Below are positions 22,390 to 37,467 of a stretch of DNA of 64,000 bases, one piece after another. The translations under genes and the position numbers were made by a program. The stretch lies in NCBI GenBank assembly GCA_051362555.1, contig CM120648.1, forward strand, positions 14,938,587 through 15,002,586, given 5' to 3'. Every line of letters starts with the position of its first letter. Position 1 is the first letter of the stretch. This DNA comes from Lingula anatina (Eukaryota; Animalia; Brachiopoda). The notes beneath the pieces were generated by a model. That model saw only the letters and a program-made list of their open reading frames with translations. It was not told the DNA's origin and made no database searches.

Positions 22390-24837
22390 ATTTATCACGC
22401 CCTGTGTCTATTTTAAGTTTTTTTTTATTGCCAATTCATATCAGAAGAGTGAGAATTTACGAAAACAAATATTTCAATATTCCAATAAATCATTTTATCT
22501 CAAATAAAACATCAAATGTGATGACTTGTGTTTGTTTGTGTAGAAAGTGGCAAATTACCTATTATTGTCTTCTGACATACAACATATACCCATTCAAGAC
22601 TTCTCCTTACTACCAATACAAGATGCCGATTCCTCCTTACAGTGGGTTTCTGGAATCGGTCCGTTAGCACACCATTTGACCATGTCCTAAATCTTCCCAC
22701 ATATTATGTATTGTACACATGAATGAGACATAGCACTGCTCTTGATGTTGTCTCTCAATGCCTGTTTTTTTCTTAGCCATGAAGAGACAGAAAGAGTCTG
22801 CCAACCAAGAAGCCACAAGGCTGCAATATGGAAGGTTTACCTGGAAAAAGGGCAAATTACATGGAATAAAATAGTTAAATGTTAATTATTTTGACAAATA
22901 TGGTCTAATGTTTGTGAAATTTGTACAAATGATGCCTAATAACAATAAAAATCTGACATAAGCTTATCAATTGACTGTGTGTAATGAAAACTATTTTTCG
23001 GACAATATATTGAAGAAAACCGAAAATAACGTTGAAAACAGAGGCAAATTTCAAGGATTAAAATAGTTAAATGTTAATAATTTTGACAAATGTGGTCTAA
23101 TATTTGTGAAATTTGTACAAATGATGCTTAACAACTGTAAAAATCTGAGATAAGATTATCAGTTGCCTGAGTCTAATGAAACAGATTTTTTCACACAATA
23201 TATCTGAGAAAACTGAAAATTACATTGAAATCAATGGCAAATTATATGCCTTAAAATAGTTAAACATTAATAATTTTGACAAAACTGGTCCAATCTTTGT
23301 GAAATTTGTGTAAATGATGCTTTACAACAATAAAAATATGAGAAAAATTTATCACGCCCTGTGTCTATTTTAAGTTTTTTTTTATTGCCAATTCATATCA
23401 GAAGAGTGAGAATTTACGAAAACAAATATTCCAATATTCCAATAAATCATTTTATCTCAAATAAAACATCAATTGTGATGACTTGTGTTTGTTTGTGTAG
23501 AAAGTGGCAAATTACCTATTATTGTCTTCTGACATACAACATATACCCATTCAAGACTTCTCCTTACTACCAATACAAGATGCCGATTCCTCCTTACAGT
23601 GGGTTTCTGGAATCGGTCCGTTAGCACACCATTTGACCATGTCCTAAATCTTCCCACATATTATGTATTGTACACATGGATGAGACATAGTGCTGCTCTT
23701 GATGTTGTCTCTCAATGCCTGTTTTTTTCTTAGCCATGAAGAGACAGAAAGAGCCTGCCAACCAAGAAGCCACAAGGCTGCAATATGGAAGGTTTACCTG
23801 GAAAAAGGGCAAATTTCATGGTCTAATGTTTGTGAAATTTGTACAAATGATGCCTAATAACAATAAAAATCTGACATAAGCTTATCAATTGACTGTGTGT
23901 AATGAAAACTATTTTTCGGACAATATATTGAAGAAAACTGAAAATAACGTTGAAAACAAAGGCAAATTTCAAGGATTAAAATAGTTAAATGTTAATAATT
24001 TTGACAAATGTGGTCTAATGTTTCTGAAATTTGTACATATGATGCCTAACAACTGTAAAAATCTGACATAGGCCTATCAATTGACTGTGTGTAATGAAAA
24101 CTACTTTTCGGACATTATACTGAAGAAAACCGATAATAATGTGAAAACAGAGGCAAATTTCAAGGATTAAAATAGTTAAATGTTAATAATTTTGACAAAT
24201 GTGGTCTAATGTTTCTGAAATTTGTACATATGATGCCTAACAACTGTAAAAATCTGACATAGGCCTATCAATTGACTGTGTGTAATGAAAACTACTTTTC
24301 GGACATTATACTGAAGAAAACCGATAATAATGTGAAAACAGAGGCAAATTTCAAGGATTAAAATAGTTAAATGTTAATAATTTTGACAAATGTAGTCTAA
24401 TATTTGTGAAATTTGTACAAATGATGCTTAACAACTGTAAAAATCTGACATAGGCCTATCAATTGACTGTGTGTAATGAAAACTACTTTTCGGACAATAT
24501 ACTGAAGAAAACCGATAATAATGTGAAAACAGAGGCAAATTTCAAGGATTAAAATAGTTAAATGTTAATAATTTTGACAAATGTGGTCTAATATTTGTGA
24601 AATTTGTACAAATGATGCTTAACAACTGTAAAAATCTGAGATAAGATTATCAGTTGCCTGAGTCTAATGAAACAGATTTTTTCACACAATATATCTGAGA
24701 AAACTGAAAATTACATTGAAATCAATGGCAAATTATATGCCTTAAAATAGTTAAACATTAATAATTTTGACAAAACTGGTCCAATCTTTGTGAAATTTGT
24801 GTAAATGATGCTTTACAACAATAAAAATATGAGAAAA
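22390..24837 (+). repeat. 5-mer + 8-mer pair, the 8-mer carrying a 39 bp deletion (1,491 bp)
   Basis: Landmarks at 22404, 23361 and 24852 (spacings 957 and 1,491). The junction tttcatgg|tctaatg is at ~23821. Confidence 0.93.
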
Positions 24838-27800
24838 ATTTATCACGCCCTGTGTCTATTTTAAGTTTTTTTTTATTGCCAATTCATATCAGAAGAGTGA
24901 GAATTTACGAAAACAAATATTCCAATATTCCAATAAATCATTTTATCTCAAATAAAACATCAATTGTGATGACTTGTGTTTGTTTGTGTAGAAAGTGGCA
25001 ACTTACCTATTATTGTCTTCTGAAAAACAACATATACCCATTCAAGACTTCTCCTTACTACCAATACAAGATGCCGATTCCTCCTTACAGTGGGTTTCTG
25101 GAATCGGTCCGTTAGCACACCATTTGACAATGTCCTAAATCTTCCCACATATTATGTATTGTACACATGGATGAGACATAGCGCTGCTCTTGATGTTGTC
25201 TCTCAATGCCTGTTTTTTTCTTAGCCATGAAGAAACAGAAAGAGCCTGCCAACCAAAAAGCCACAAGGCTGCAATATGGAAGGTTTACCTGGAAAAAGGG
25301 CAAATTTCATGGAATAAAATAGTTAAATGTTATTAATTTTGACAAATATGGTCTAATGTTTGTGAAATTTGTATAAATGATGCCTAATAACAATAAAAAT
25401 CTGACATAAGCTTATCAATTGACTGTGTGTAATGAAAACTATTTTTCGGACAATATATTGAAGAAAACTGAAAATAACGTTGAAAACAAAGGCAAATTTC
25501 AAGGATTAAAATAGTTAAATGTTAATAATTTTGACAAATGTGGTCTAATGTTTCTGAAATTTGTACATATTATGCCTAATAACAATAAAAATCTGACATA
25601 AGCTTTTCAATTGACTGTGTGTAATGAAAACTATTTTTTGGACAATATACTGAAGAAAACCGAAAATAACGTTGAAAACAGAGGCAAATTATAAGGATTA
25701 AAATAGTTAAATGTTAATAATTTTGACAAATGTAGTCAAATATTTGTGAAATTTGTACAAATGATGCTTAACAACTGTAAAAATCTGAGATAAGATTATC
25801 AGTTGCCTGAGTCTAATGAAACAGATTTTTTCACACAATATATTTGAGAAAACTGAAAATTACATTGAAATCAATGGCAAGTTATATGGCTTAAAATAGT
25901 TAAACATTAATAATTGTGACAAAACTGGTCCAATCTTTGTGAAATTTGTGTAAATGATGCTTTACAACAATAAAAATATGAGAAAAATTTATCACGCCCT
26001 GTGTCTATTTTAAGTTTTTTTTTATTGCCAATTCATATCAGAAGAGTGAGAATTTACGAAAACAAATATTTCAATATTCCAATAAATCATTTTATCTGAA
26101 ATAAAAAAATCAAATGTGATGATTTGTGTTTGTTTGTGTAGGAAGTGGCAAATTACCTATTATTGTCTTCTGAAAAACAACATATACCCATTCAAGACTT
26201 CTCCTTACTACCAATACAAGATGCCAATTCCTCCTTACAGTGGGTTTCTGGAATCGGTCCGTTAGCACACCATTTGACCATGTCCTAAATCTTCCCACAT
26301 ATTATGTATTGTACACATGAATGAGACATAGCACTGCTCTTGATGTTGTCTCTCAATGCCTGTTTTTTTCTTAGCCATGAAGAGACAGAAAGAGTCTGCC
26401 AACCAAGAAGCCACAAGGCTGCAATATGGAAGGTTTACCTGGAAAAAGGGCAAATTACATGGAATAAAATACTTAAATGTTAATTATTTTGACAAATATG
26501 GTCTAATGTTTGTGAAATTTGTACAAATAATGCCTAATAACAATAAAAATCTGACATAAGCTTATCAATTGACTGTGTGTAATGAAAACTATTTTTCGGA
26601 CAATATACTGAAGAAAACCGAAAATAACGTTGAAAACAGAGGCAAATTTCAAGGATTAAAATAGTTAAATGTTAATAATTTTGACAAATGTAGTCTAATA
26701 TTTGTGAAATTTGTACAAATGATGCTTAACAACTGTAAAAATCTGACATAGGCTTATCAATTGACTGTGGGTAATGAAAACTACTTTTCGGACATTATAC
26801 TGAAGAAAACCGATAATAATGTGAAAACAGAGGCAAATTTCAAGGATTAAAATAGTTAAATGTTAATAATTTTGACAAATGTGGTCCAATATTTGTGAAA
26901 TTTGTACAAATGATGCTTGACAACTGTAAAAATCTGAGATAAGATTATCAGTTGCCTGAGTCTAATGAAACGGATTTTTTCACACAATATATCTGAGAAA
27001 ACTGAAAATTACATTGAAATCAATGGCAAATTATATGCCTTAAAATAGTTAAACATTAATAATTTTGACAAAACTGGTCCAATCTTTGTGAAATTTGTGT
27101 AAATGATGCTTTACAACAATAAAAATATGAGAAAAATTTATCACGCCCTGTGTCTATTTTAAGTTTTTTTTTATTGCCAATTCATATCAGAAGAGTGAGA
27201 ATTTACGAAAACAAATATTTCAATATTCCAATAAATCATTTTATCTCAAATAAAACATCAAATGTGATGACTTGTGTTTGTTTGTGTAGAAAGTGGCAAA
27301 TTACCTATTATTGTCTTCTGACATACAACATATACCCATTCAAGACTTCTCCTTACTACCAATACAAGATGCCGATTCCTCCTTACAGTGGGTTTCTGGA
27401 ATCGGTCCGTTAGCACACCATTTGACCATGTCCTAAATCTTCCCACATATTATGTATTGTACACATGAATGAGACATAGCACTGCTCTTGATGTTGTCTC
27501 TCAATGCCTGTTTTTTTCTTAGCCATGAAGAGACAGAAAGAGTCTGCCAACCAAGAAGCCACAAGGCTGCAATATGGAAGGTTTACCTGGAAAAAGGGCA
27601 AATTACATGGAATAAAATAGTTAAATGTTAATTATTTTGACAAATATGGTCTAATGTTTGTGAAATTTGTACAAATGATGCCTAATAACAATAAAAATCT
27701 GACATAAGCTTATCAATTGACTGTGTGTAATGAAAACTATTTTTCGGACAATATATTGAAGAAAACCGAAAATAACGTTGAAAACAGAGGCAAATTTCAA

Positions 27801-28283
27801 GGATTAAAATAGTTAAATGTTAATAATTTTGACAAATGTAGTCTAATATTTGTGAAATTTGTACAAATGATGCTTAACAACTGTAAAAATCTGACATAGG
27901 CTTATCAATTGACTGTGTGTAATGAAAACTACTTTTCGGACAATATACTGAAGAAAACCGATAATAATGTGAAAACAGAGGCAAATTTCAAGGATTAAAA
28001 TAGTTAAATGTTAATAATTTTGACAAATGTGGTCTAATATTTGTGAAATTTGTACAAATGATGCTTAACAACTGTAAAAATCTGAGATAAGATTATCAGT
28101 TGCCTGAGTCTAATGAAACAGATTTTTTCACACAATATATCTGAGAAAACTGAAAATTACATTGAAATCAATGGCAAATTATATGCCTTAAAATAGTTAA
28201 ACATTAATAATTTTGACAAAACTGGTCCAATCTTTGTGAAATTTGTGTAAATGATGCTTTACAACAATAAAAATATGAGAAAA

Positions 28284-31200
28284 ATTTATCACGCCCTGTG
28301 TCTATTTTAAGTTTTTTTTTATTGCCAATTCATATCAGAAGAGTGAGAATTTACGAAAACAAATATTCCAATATTCCAATAAATCATTTTATCTCAAATA
28401 AAACATCAATTGTGATGACTTGTGTTTGTTTGTGTAGAAAGTGGCAAATTACCTATTATTGTCTTCTGACATACAACATATACCCATTCAAGACTTCTCC
28501 TTACTACCAATACAAGATGCCGATTCCTCCTTACAGTGGGTTTCTGGAATCGGTCCGTTAGCACACCATTTGACCATGTCCTAAATCTTCCCACATATTA
28601 TGTATTGTACACATGGATGAGACATAGCGCTGCTCTTGATGTTGTCTCTCAATGCCTGTTTTTTTCTTAGCCATGAAGAGACAGAAAGAGCCTGCCAACC
28701 AAGAAGCCACAAGGCTGCAATATGGAAGGTTTACCTGGAAAAAGGGCAAATTTCATGGAATAAAATAGTTAAATGTTATTAATTTTGACAAATATGGTCT
28801 AATGTTTGTGAAATTTGTATAAATGATGCCTAATAACAATAAAAATCTGACATAAGCTTATCAATTGACTGTGTGTAATGAAAACTATTTTTCGGACGAT
28901 ATATTGAAGAAAACTGAAAATAACGTTGAAAACAAAGGCAAATTTCAAGGATTAAAATAGTTAAATGTTAATAATTTTGACAAATGTGGTCTAATGTTTC
29001 TGAAATATGTACATATGATGCCTAACAACTGTAAAAATCTGACATAGGCTTATCAATTGACTGTGTGTAATGAAAACTACTTTTCGGACATTATACTGAA
29101 GAAAACCGATAATAATGTGAAAACAGAGACAAATTTCAAGGATTAAAATAGTTAAATGTTAATAATTTTGACAAATGTGGTCTAATATTTGTGAAATTTG
29201 TACAAATGATGCTTAACAACTGTAAAAATCTGAGATAAGATTATCAGTTGCCTGAGTCTAATGAAACAGATTTTTTCACACAATATATCTGAGAAAACTG
29301 AAAATTACATTGAAATCAATGGCAAATTAAAGCCTTAAAATAGTTAAACATTAATAATTGTGACAAAACTGGTCCAATCTTTGTGAAATTTGTGTAAATG
29401 ATGCTTTACAACAATAAAAATATGAGAAAAGCTTATCACGCCCTGTGTCTATTTTAAGTTTTTTTTTATTGCCAATTCATATCAGAAGAGTGAGAATTTA
29501 CGAAAACAAATATTTCAATATTCCAATAAATCATTTTATCTCAAATAAAACATCAAATGTGATGACTTGTGTTTGTTTGTGTAGAAAGTGGCAAATTACC
29601 TATTATTGTCTTCTGACATACAACATATACCCATTCAAGACTTCTCCTTACTACCAATACAAGATGCCGATTCCTCCTTACAGTGGGTTTCTGGAATCGG
29701 TCCGTTAGCACACCATTTGACAATGTCCTAAATCTTCCCACATATTATGTATTGTACACATGGATGAGACATAGCGCTGCTCTTGATGTTGTCTCTCAAT
29801 GCCTGTTTTTTTCTTAGCCATGAAGAGACAGAAAGAGCCTGCTAACCAAAAAGCCACAAGGCTGCAATATGGAAGGTTTACCTGGAAAAAGGGCAAATTT
29901 CATGGAATAAAATAGTTAAATGTTATTAATTTTGACAAATATGGTCTAATGTTTGTGAAATTTGTATAAATGATGCCTAATAACAATAAAAATCTGACAT
30001 AAGCTTATCAATTGACTGTGTGTAATGAAAACTATTTTTCGGACAATATATTGAAGAAAACTGAAAATAACGTTGAAAACAAAGGCAAATTTCAAGGATT
30101 AAAATAGTTAAATGTTAATAATTTTGACAAATGTGGTCTAATGTTTCTGAAATTTGTACATATGATGCCTAATAACAATAAAAATCTGACATAAGCTTTT
30201 CAATTGACTGTGTGTAATGAAAACTATTTTTTGGACAATATACTGAAGAAAACCGAAAATAACGTTGAAAACAGAGGCAAATTATAAGGATTAAAATAGT
30301 TAAATGTTAATAATTTTGACAAATGTAGTCAAATATTTGTGAAATTTGTACAAATGATGCTTAACAACTGTAAAAATCTGAGATAAGATTATCAGTTGCC
30401 TGAGTCTAATGAAACAGATTTTTTCACACAATATATTTGAGAAAACTGAAAATTACATTGAAATCAATGGCAAGTTATATGGCTTAAAATAGTTAAACAT
30501 TAATAATTGTGACAAAACTGGTCCAATCTTTGTGAAATTTGTGTAAATGATGTTTTACAACAATAAAAATATGAGAAAAGCTTATCACGCCCTGTGTCTA
30601 TTTTAAGTTTTTTTTTATTGCCAATTCATATCAGAAGAGTGAGAATTTACGAAAACAAATATTTCAATATTCCAATAAATCATTTTATCTCAAATAAAAC
30701 ATCAAATGTGATGACTTGTGTTTGTTTGTGTAGAAAGTGGCAAATTACCTATTATTGTCTTCTGACATACAACATATACCCATTCAAGACTTCTCCTTAC
30801 TACGAATACAAGATGCCGATTCCTCCTTACAGTGGGTTTCTGGAATCGGTCCGTTAGCACACCATTTGACCATGTCCTAAATCTTCCCACATATTATGTA
30901 TTGTACACATGAATGAGACATAGCAGTGCTCTTGATGTTGTCTCTCAAAGCCTGTTTTTTTCTTAGCCATGAAGAGACAGAAAGAGTCTGCCAACCAAGA
31001 AGCCACAAGGCTGCAATATGGAAGGTTTACCTGGAAAAAGGGCAAATTACATGGAATAAAATAGTTAAATGTTAATTATTTTGACAAATATGGTCTAATG
31101 TTTGTGAAATTTGTACAAATAATGCCTAATAACAATAAAAATCTGACATAAGCTTATCAATTGACTGTGTGTAATGAAAACTATTTTTCGGACAATATAT

Positions 31201-34200
31201 TGAAGAAAACCGAAAATAACGTTGAAAACAGAGGCAAATTTCAAGGATTAAAATAGTTAAATGTTAATAATTTTGACAAATGTAGTCTAATATTTGTGAA
31301 ATTTGTACAAATGATGCTTAACAACTGTAAAAATCTGACATAGGCTTATCAATTGACTGTGTGTAATGAAAACTACTTTTCGGACAATATACTGAAGAAA
31401 ACCGATAATAATGTGAAAACAGAGGCAAATTTCAAGGATTAAAATAGTTAAATGTTAATAATTTTGACAAATGTGGTCTAATATTTGTGAAATTTGTACA
31501 AATGATGCTTAACAACTGTAAAAATCTGAGATAAGATTATCAGTTGCCTGAGTCTAATGAAACAGATTTTTTCACACAATATATCTGAGAAAACTGAAAA
31601 TTACATTGAAATCAATGGCAAATTATATGCCTTAAAATAGTTAAACATTAATAATTTTGACAAAACTGGTCCAATCTTTGTGAAATTTGTGTAAATGATG
31701 CTTTACAACAATAAAAATATGAGAAAAATTTATCACGCCCTGTGTCTATTTTAAGTTTTTTTTTATTGCCAATTCATATCAGAAGAGTGAGAATTTACGA
31801 AAACAAATATTCCAATATTCCAATAAATCATTTTATCTCAAATAAAACATCAATTGTGATGACTTGTGTTTGTTTGTGTAGAAAGTGGCAAATTACCTAT
31901 TATTGTCTTCTGACATACAACATATACCCATTCAAGACTTCTCCTTACTACCAATACAAGATGCCGATTCCTCCTTACAGTGGGTTTCTGGAATCGGTCC
32001 GTTAGCACACCATTTGACCATGTCCTAAATCTTCCCACATATTATGTATTGTACACATGGATGAGACATAGCGCTGCTCTTGATGTTGTCTCTCAATGCC
32101 TGTTTTTTTCTTAGCCATGAAGAGACAGAAAGAGCCTGCCAACCAAGAAGCCACAAGGCTGCAATATGGAAGGTTTACCTGGAAAAAGGGCAAATTTCAT
32201 GGAATAAAATAGTTAAATGTTATTAATTTTGACAAATATGGTCTAATGTTTGTGAAATTTGTATAAATGATGCCTAATAACAATAAAAATCTGACATAAG
32301 CTTAGCAATTGACTGTGTGTAATGAAAACTATTTTTCGGACGATATATTGAAGAAAACTGAAAATAACGTTGAAAACAAAGGCAAATTTCAAGGATTAAA
32401 ATAGTTAAATGTTAATAATTTTGACAAATGTGGTCTAATGTTTCTGAAATATGTACATATGATGCCTAACAACTGTAAAAATCTGACATAGGCTTATCAA
32501 TTGACTGTGTGTAATGAAAACTACTTTTCGGACATTATACTGAAGAAAACCGATAATAATGTGAAAACAGAGGCAAATTTCAAGGATTAAAATAGTTAAA
32601 TGTTAATAATTTTGACAAATGTGGTCTAATATTTGTGAAATTTGTACAAATGATGCTTAACAACTGTAAAAATCTGAGATAAGATTATCAGTTGCCTGAG
32701 TCTAATGAAACAGATTTTTTCACACAATATATCTGAGAAAACTGAAAATTACATTGAAATCAATGGCAAATTAAAGCCTTAAAATAGTTAAACATTAATA
32801 ATTGTGACAAAACTGGTCCAATCTTTGTGAAATTTGTGTAAATGATGCTTTACAACAATAAAAATATGAGAAAAGCTTATCACGCCCTGTGTCTATTTTA
32901 AGTTTTTTTTTATTGCCAATTCATATCAGAAGAGTGAGAATTTACGAAAACAAATATTTCAATATTCCAATAAATCATTTTATCTCAAATAAAACATCAA
33001 ATGTGATGACTTGTGTTTGTTTGTGTAGAAAGTGGCAAATTACCTATTATTGTCTTCTGACATACAACATATACCCATTCAAGACTTCTCCTTACTACCA
33101 ATACAAGATGCCGATTCCTCCTTACAGTGGGTTTCTGGAATCGGTCCGTTAGCACACCATTTGACAATGTCCTAAATCTTCCCACATATTATGTATTGTA
33201 CACATGGATGAGACATAGCGCTGCTCTTGATGTTGTCTCTCAATGCCTGTTTTTTTCTTAGCCATGAAGAGACAGAAAGAGCCTGCCAACCAAAAAGCCA
33301 CAAGGCTGCAATATGGAAGGTTTACCTGGAAAAAGGGCAAATTTCATGGAATAAAATAGTTAAATGTTATTAATTTTGACAAATATGGTCTAATGTTTGT
33401 GAAATTTGTATAAATGATGCCTAATAACAATAAAAATCTGACATAAGCTTATCAATTGACTGTGTGTAATGAAAACTATTTTTCGGACAATATATTGAAG
33501 AAAACTGAAAATAACGTTGAAAACAAAGGCAAATTTCAAGGATTAAAATAGTTAAATGTTAATAATTTTGACAAATGTGGTCTAATGTTTCTGAAATTTG
33601 TACATATGATGCCTAATAACAATAAAAATCTGACATAAGCTTTTCAATTGACTGTGTGTAATGAAAACTATTTTTTGGACAATATACTGAAGAAAACCGA
33701 AAATAACGTTGAAAACAGAGGCAAATTATAAGGATTAAAATAGTTAAATGTTAATAATTTTGACAAATGTAGTCAAATATTTGTGAAATTTGTACAAATG
33801 ATGCTTAACAACTGTAAAAATCTGAGATAAGATTATCAGTTGCCTGAGTCTAATGAAACAGATTTTTTCACACAATATATTTGAGAAAACTGAAAATTAC
33901 ATTGAAATCAATGGCAAGTTATATGGCTTAAAATAGTTAAACATTAATAATTGTGACAAAACTGGTCCAATCTTTGTGAAATTTGTGTAAATGATGTTTT
34001 ACAACAATAAAAATATGAGAAAAGCTTATCACGCCCTGTGTCTATTTTAAGTTTTTTTTTATTGCCAATTCATATCAGAAGAGTGAGAATTTACGAAAAC
34101 AAATATTTCAATATTCCAATAAATCATTTTATCTCAAATAAAACATCAAATGTGATGACTTGTGTTTGTTTGTGTAGAAAGCGGCAAATTACCTATTATT

Positions 34201-37200
34201 GTCTTCTGACATACAACATATACCCATTCAAGACTTCTCCTTACTACCAATACAAGATGCCGATTCCTCCTTACAGTGGCTTTCTGGAATTGGTCCGTTA
34301 GCACACCATATGACCATGTCCTAAATCTTCCCACATATTATGTATTGTACACATGAATGAGACATAGCACTGCTCTTGATGTTGTCTCTCAATGCCTGTT
34401 TTTTTCTTAGCCATGAAGAGACAGAAAGAGTCTGCCAACCAAGAAGCCACAAGGCTGCAATATGGAAGGTTTACCTGGAAAAAGGGCAAATTACATGGAA
34501 TAAAATAGTTAAATGTTAATTATTTTGACAAATATGGTCTAATGTTTGTGAAATTTATACAAATGATGCCTAATAAGAATAAAAATCTGACATAAGCTTA
34601 TCAATTGACTGTGTGTAATGAAAACTATTTTTCGGACAATATATTGAAGAAAACCGAAAATAACGTTGAAAACAGAGGCAAATTTCAAGGATTAAAATAG
34701 TTAAATGTTAATAATTTTGACAAATGTAGTCTAATATTTGTGAAATTTGTACAAATGATGCTTAACAACTGTAAAAATCTGACATAGGCTTATCAATTGA
34801 CTGTGTGTAATGAAAACTACTTTTCGGACAATATACTGAAGAAAACCGATAATAATGTGAAAACAGAGGCAAATTTCAAGGATTAAAATAGTTAAATGTT
34901 AATAATTTTGACAAATGTGGTCTAATATTTGTGAAATTTGTACAAATGATGCTTAACAACTGTAAAAATCTGAGATAAGATTATCAGTTGCCTGAGTCTA
35001 ATGAAACAGATTTTTTCACACAATATATCTGAGAAAACTGAAAATTACATTGAAATCAATGGCAAATTATATGCCTTAAAATAGTTAAACATTAATAATT
35101 TTGACAAAACTGGTCCAATCTTTGTGAAATTTGTGTAAATGATGCTTTACAACAATAAAAATATGAGAAAAATTTATCACGCCCTGTGTCTATTTTAAGT
35201 TTTTTTTTATTGCCAATTCATATCAGAAGAGTGAGAATTTACGAAAACAAATATTCCAATAGTCCAATAAATCATTTTATCTCAAATAAAACATCAATTG
35301 TGATGACTTGTGTTTGTTTGTGTAGAAAGTGGCAAATTACCTATTATTGTCTTCTGACATACAACATATACCCATTCAAGACTTCTCCTTACTACCAATA
35401 CAAGATGCCGATTCCTCCTTACAGTGGGTTTCTGGAATCGGTCCGTTAGCACACCATTTGACCATGTCCTAAATCTTCCCACATATTATGTATTGTACAC
35501 ATGGATGAGACATAGCGCTGCTCTTGATGTTGTCTCTCAATGCCTGTTTTTTTCTTAGCCATGAAGAGACAGAAAGAGCCTGCCAACCAAGAAGCCACAA
35601 GGCTGCAATATGGAAGGTTTACCTGGAAAAAGGGCAAATTTCATGGAATAAAATAGTTAAATGTTATTAATTTTGACAAATATGGTCTAATGTTTGTGAA
35701 ATTTGTATAAATGATGCCTAATAACAATAAAAATCTGACATAAGCTTATCAATTGACTGTGTGTAATGAAAACTATTTTTCGGACGATATATTGAAGAAA
35801 ACTGAAAATAACGTTGAAAACAAAGGCAAATTTCAAGGATTAAAATAGTTAAATGTTAATAATTTTGACAAATGTGGTCTAATGTTTCTGAAATATGTAC
35901 ATATGATGCCTAACAACTGTAAAAATCTGACATAGGCTTATCAATTGACTGTGTGTAATGAAAACTACTTTTCGGACATTATACTGAAGAAAACCGATAA
36001 TAATGTGAAAACAGAGACAAATTTCAAGGATTAAAATAGTTAAATGTTAATAATTTTGACAAATGTGGTCTAATATTTGTGAAATTTGTACAAATGATGC
36101 TTAACAACTGTAAAAATCTGAGATAAGATTATCAGTTGCCTGAGTCTAATGAAACAGATTTTTTCACACAATATATCTGAGAAAACTGAAAATTACATTG
36201 AAATCAATGGCAAATTAAAGCCTTAAAATAGTTAAACATTAATAATTGTGACAAAACTGGTCCAATCTTTGTGAAATTTGTGTAAATGATGCTTTACAAC
36301 AATAAAAATATGAGAAAAGCTTATCACGCCCTGTGTCTATTTTAAGTTTTTTTTTATTGCCAATTCATATCAGAAGAGTGAGAATTTACGAAAACAAATA
36401 TTTCAATATTCCAATAAATCATTTTATCTCAAATAAAACATCAAATGTGATGACTTGTGTTTGTTTGTGTAGAAAGTGGCAAATTACCTATTATTGTCTT
36501 CTGACATACAACATATACCCATTCAAGACTTCTCCTTACTACCAATACAAGATGCCGATTCCTCCTTACAGTGGGTTTCTGGAATCGGTCCGTTAGCACA
36601 CCATTTGACAATGTCCTAAATCTTCCCACATATTATGTATTGTACACATGGATGAGACATAGCGCTGCTCTTGATGTTGTCTCTCAATGCCTGTTTTTTT
36701 CTTAGCCATGAAGAGACAGAAAGAGCCTGCTAACCAAAAAGCCACAAGGCTGCAATATGGAAGGTTTACCTGGAAAAAGGGCAAATTTCATGGAATAAAA
36801 TAGTTAAATGTTATTAATTTTGACAAATATGGTCTAATGTTTGTGAAATTTGTATAAATGATGCCTAATAACAATAAAAATCTGACATAAGCTTATCAAT
36901 TGACTGTGTGTAATAAAAACTATTTTTCGGACAATATATTGAAGAAAACTGAAAATAACGTTGAAAACAAAGGCAAATTTCAAGGATTAAAATAGTTAAA
37001 TGTTAATAATTTTGACAAATGTGGTCTAATGTTTCTGAAATTTGTACATATGATGCCTAATAACAATAAAAATCTGACATAAGCTTTTCAATTGACTGTG
37101 TGTAATGAAAACTATTTTTTGGACAATATACTGAAGAAAACCGAAAATAACGTTGAAAACAGAGGCAAATTATAAGGATTAAAATAGTTAAATGTTAATA

Positions 37201-37467
37201 ATTTTGACAAATGTAGTCAAATATTTGTGAAATTTGTACAAATGATGCTTAACAACTGTAAAAATCTGAGATAAGATTATCAGTTGCCTGAGTCTAATGA
37301 AACAGATTTTTTCACACAATATATTTGAGAAAACTGAAAATTACATTGAAATCAATGGCAAGTTATATGGCTTAAAATAGTTAAACATTAATAATTGTGA
37401 CAAAACTGGTCCAATCTTTGTGAAATTTGTGTAAATGATGTTTTACAACAATAAAAATATGAGAAAA
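28284..37467 (+). repeat. Local 3-unit (3,444 bp) periodicity
   Basis: Same-variant units lie at 28298/31742/35186 and 29445/32889/36333, each 3,444 bp apart. The same spacing occurs at 398/3842. Confidence 0.85.

Larger units (their letters stand above)
13013..31727 (+). repeat. Imperfect tandem duplication of an 8-unit (~9.35 kb) block
   Basis: Offsets are 9,377 (13027/22404, 13984/23361) and then 9,338 (15514/24852 through 21256/30594). Private variants (caacttacc, gaagaaacag) are shared only by units 15514 and 24852. Confidence 0.85.
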
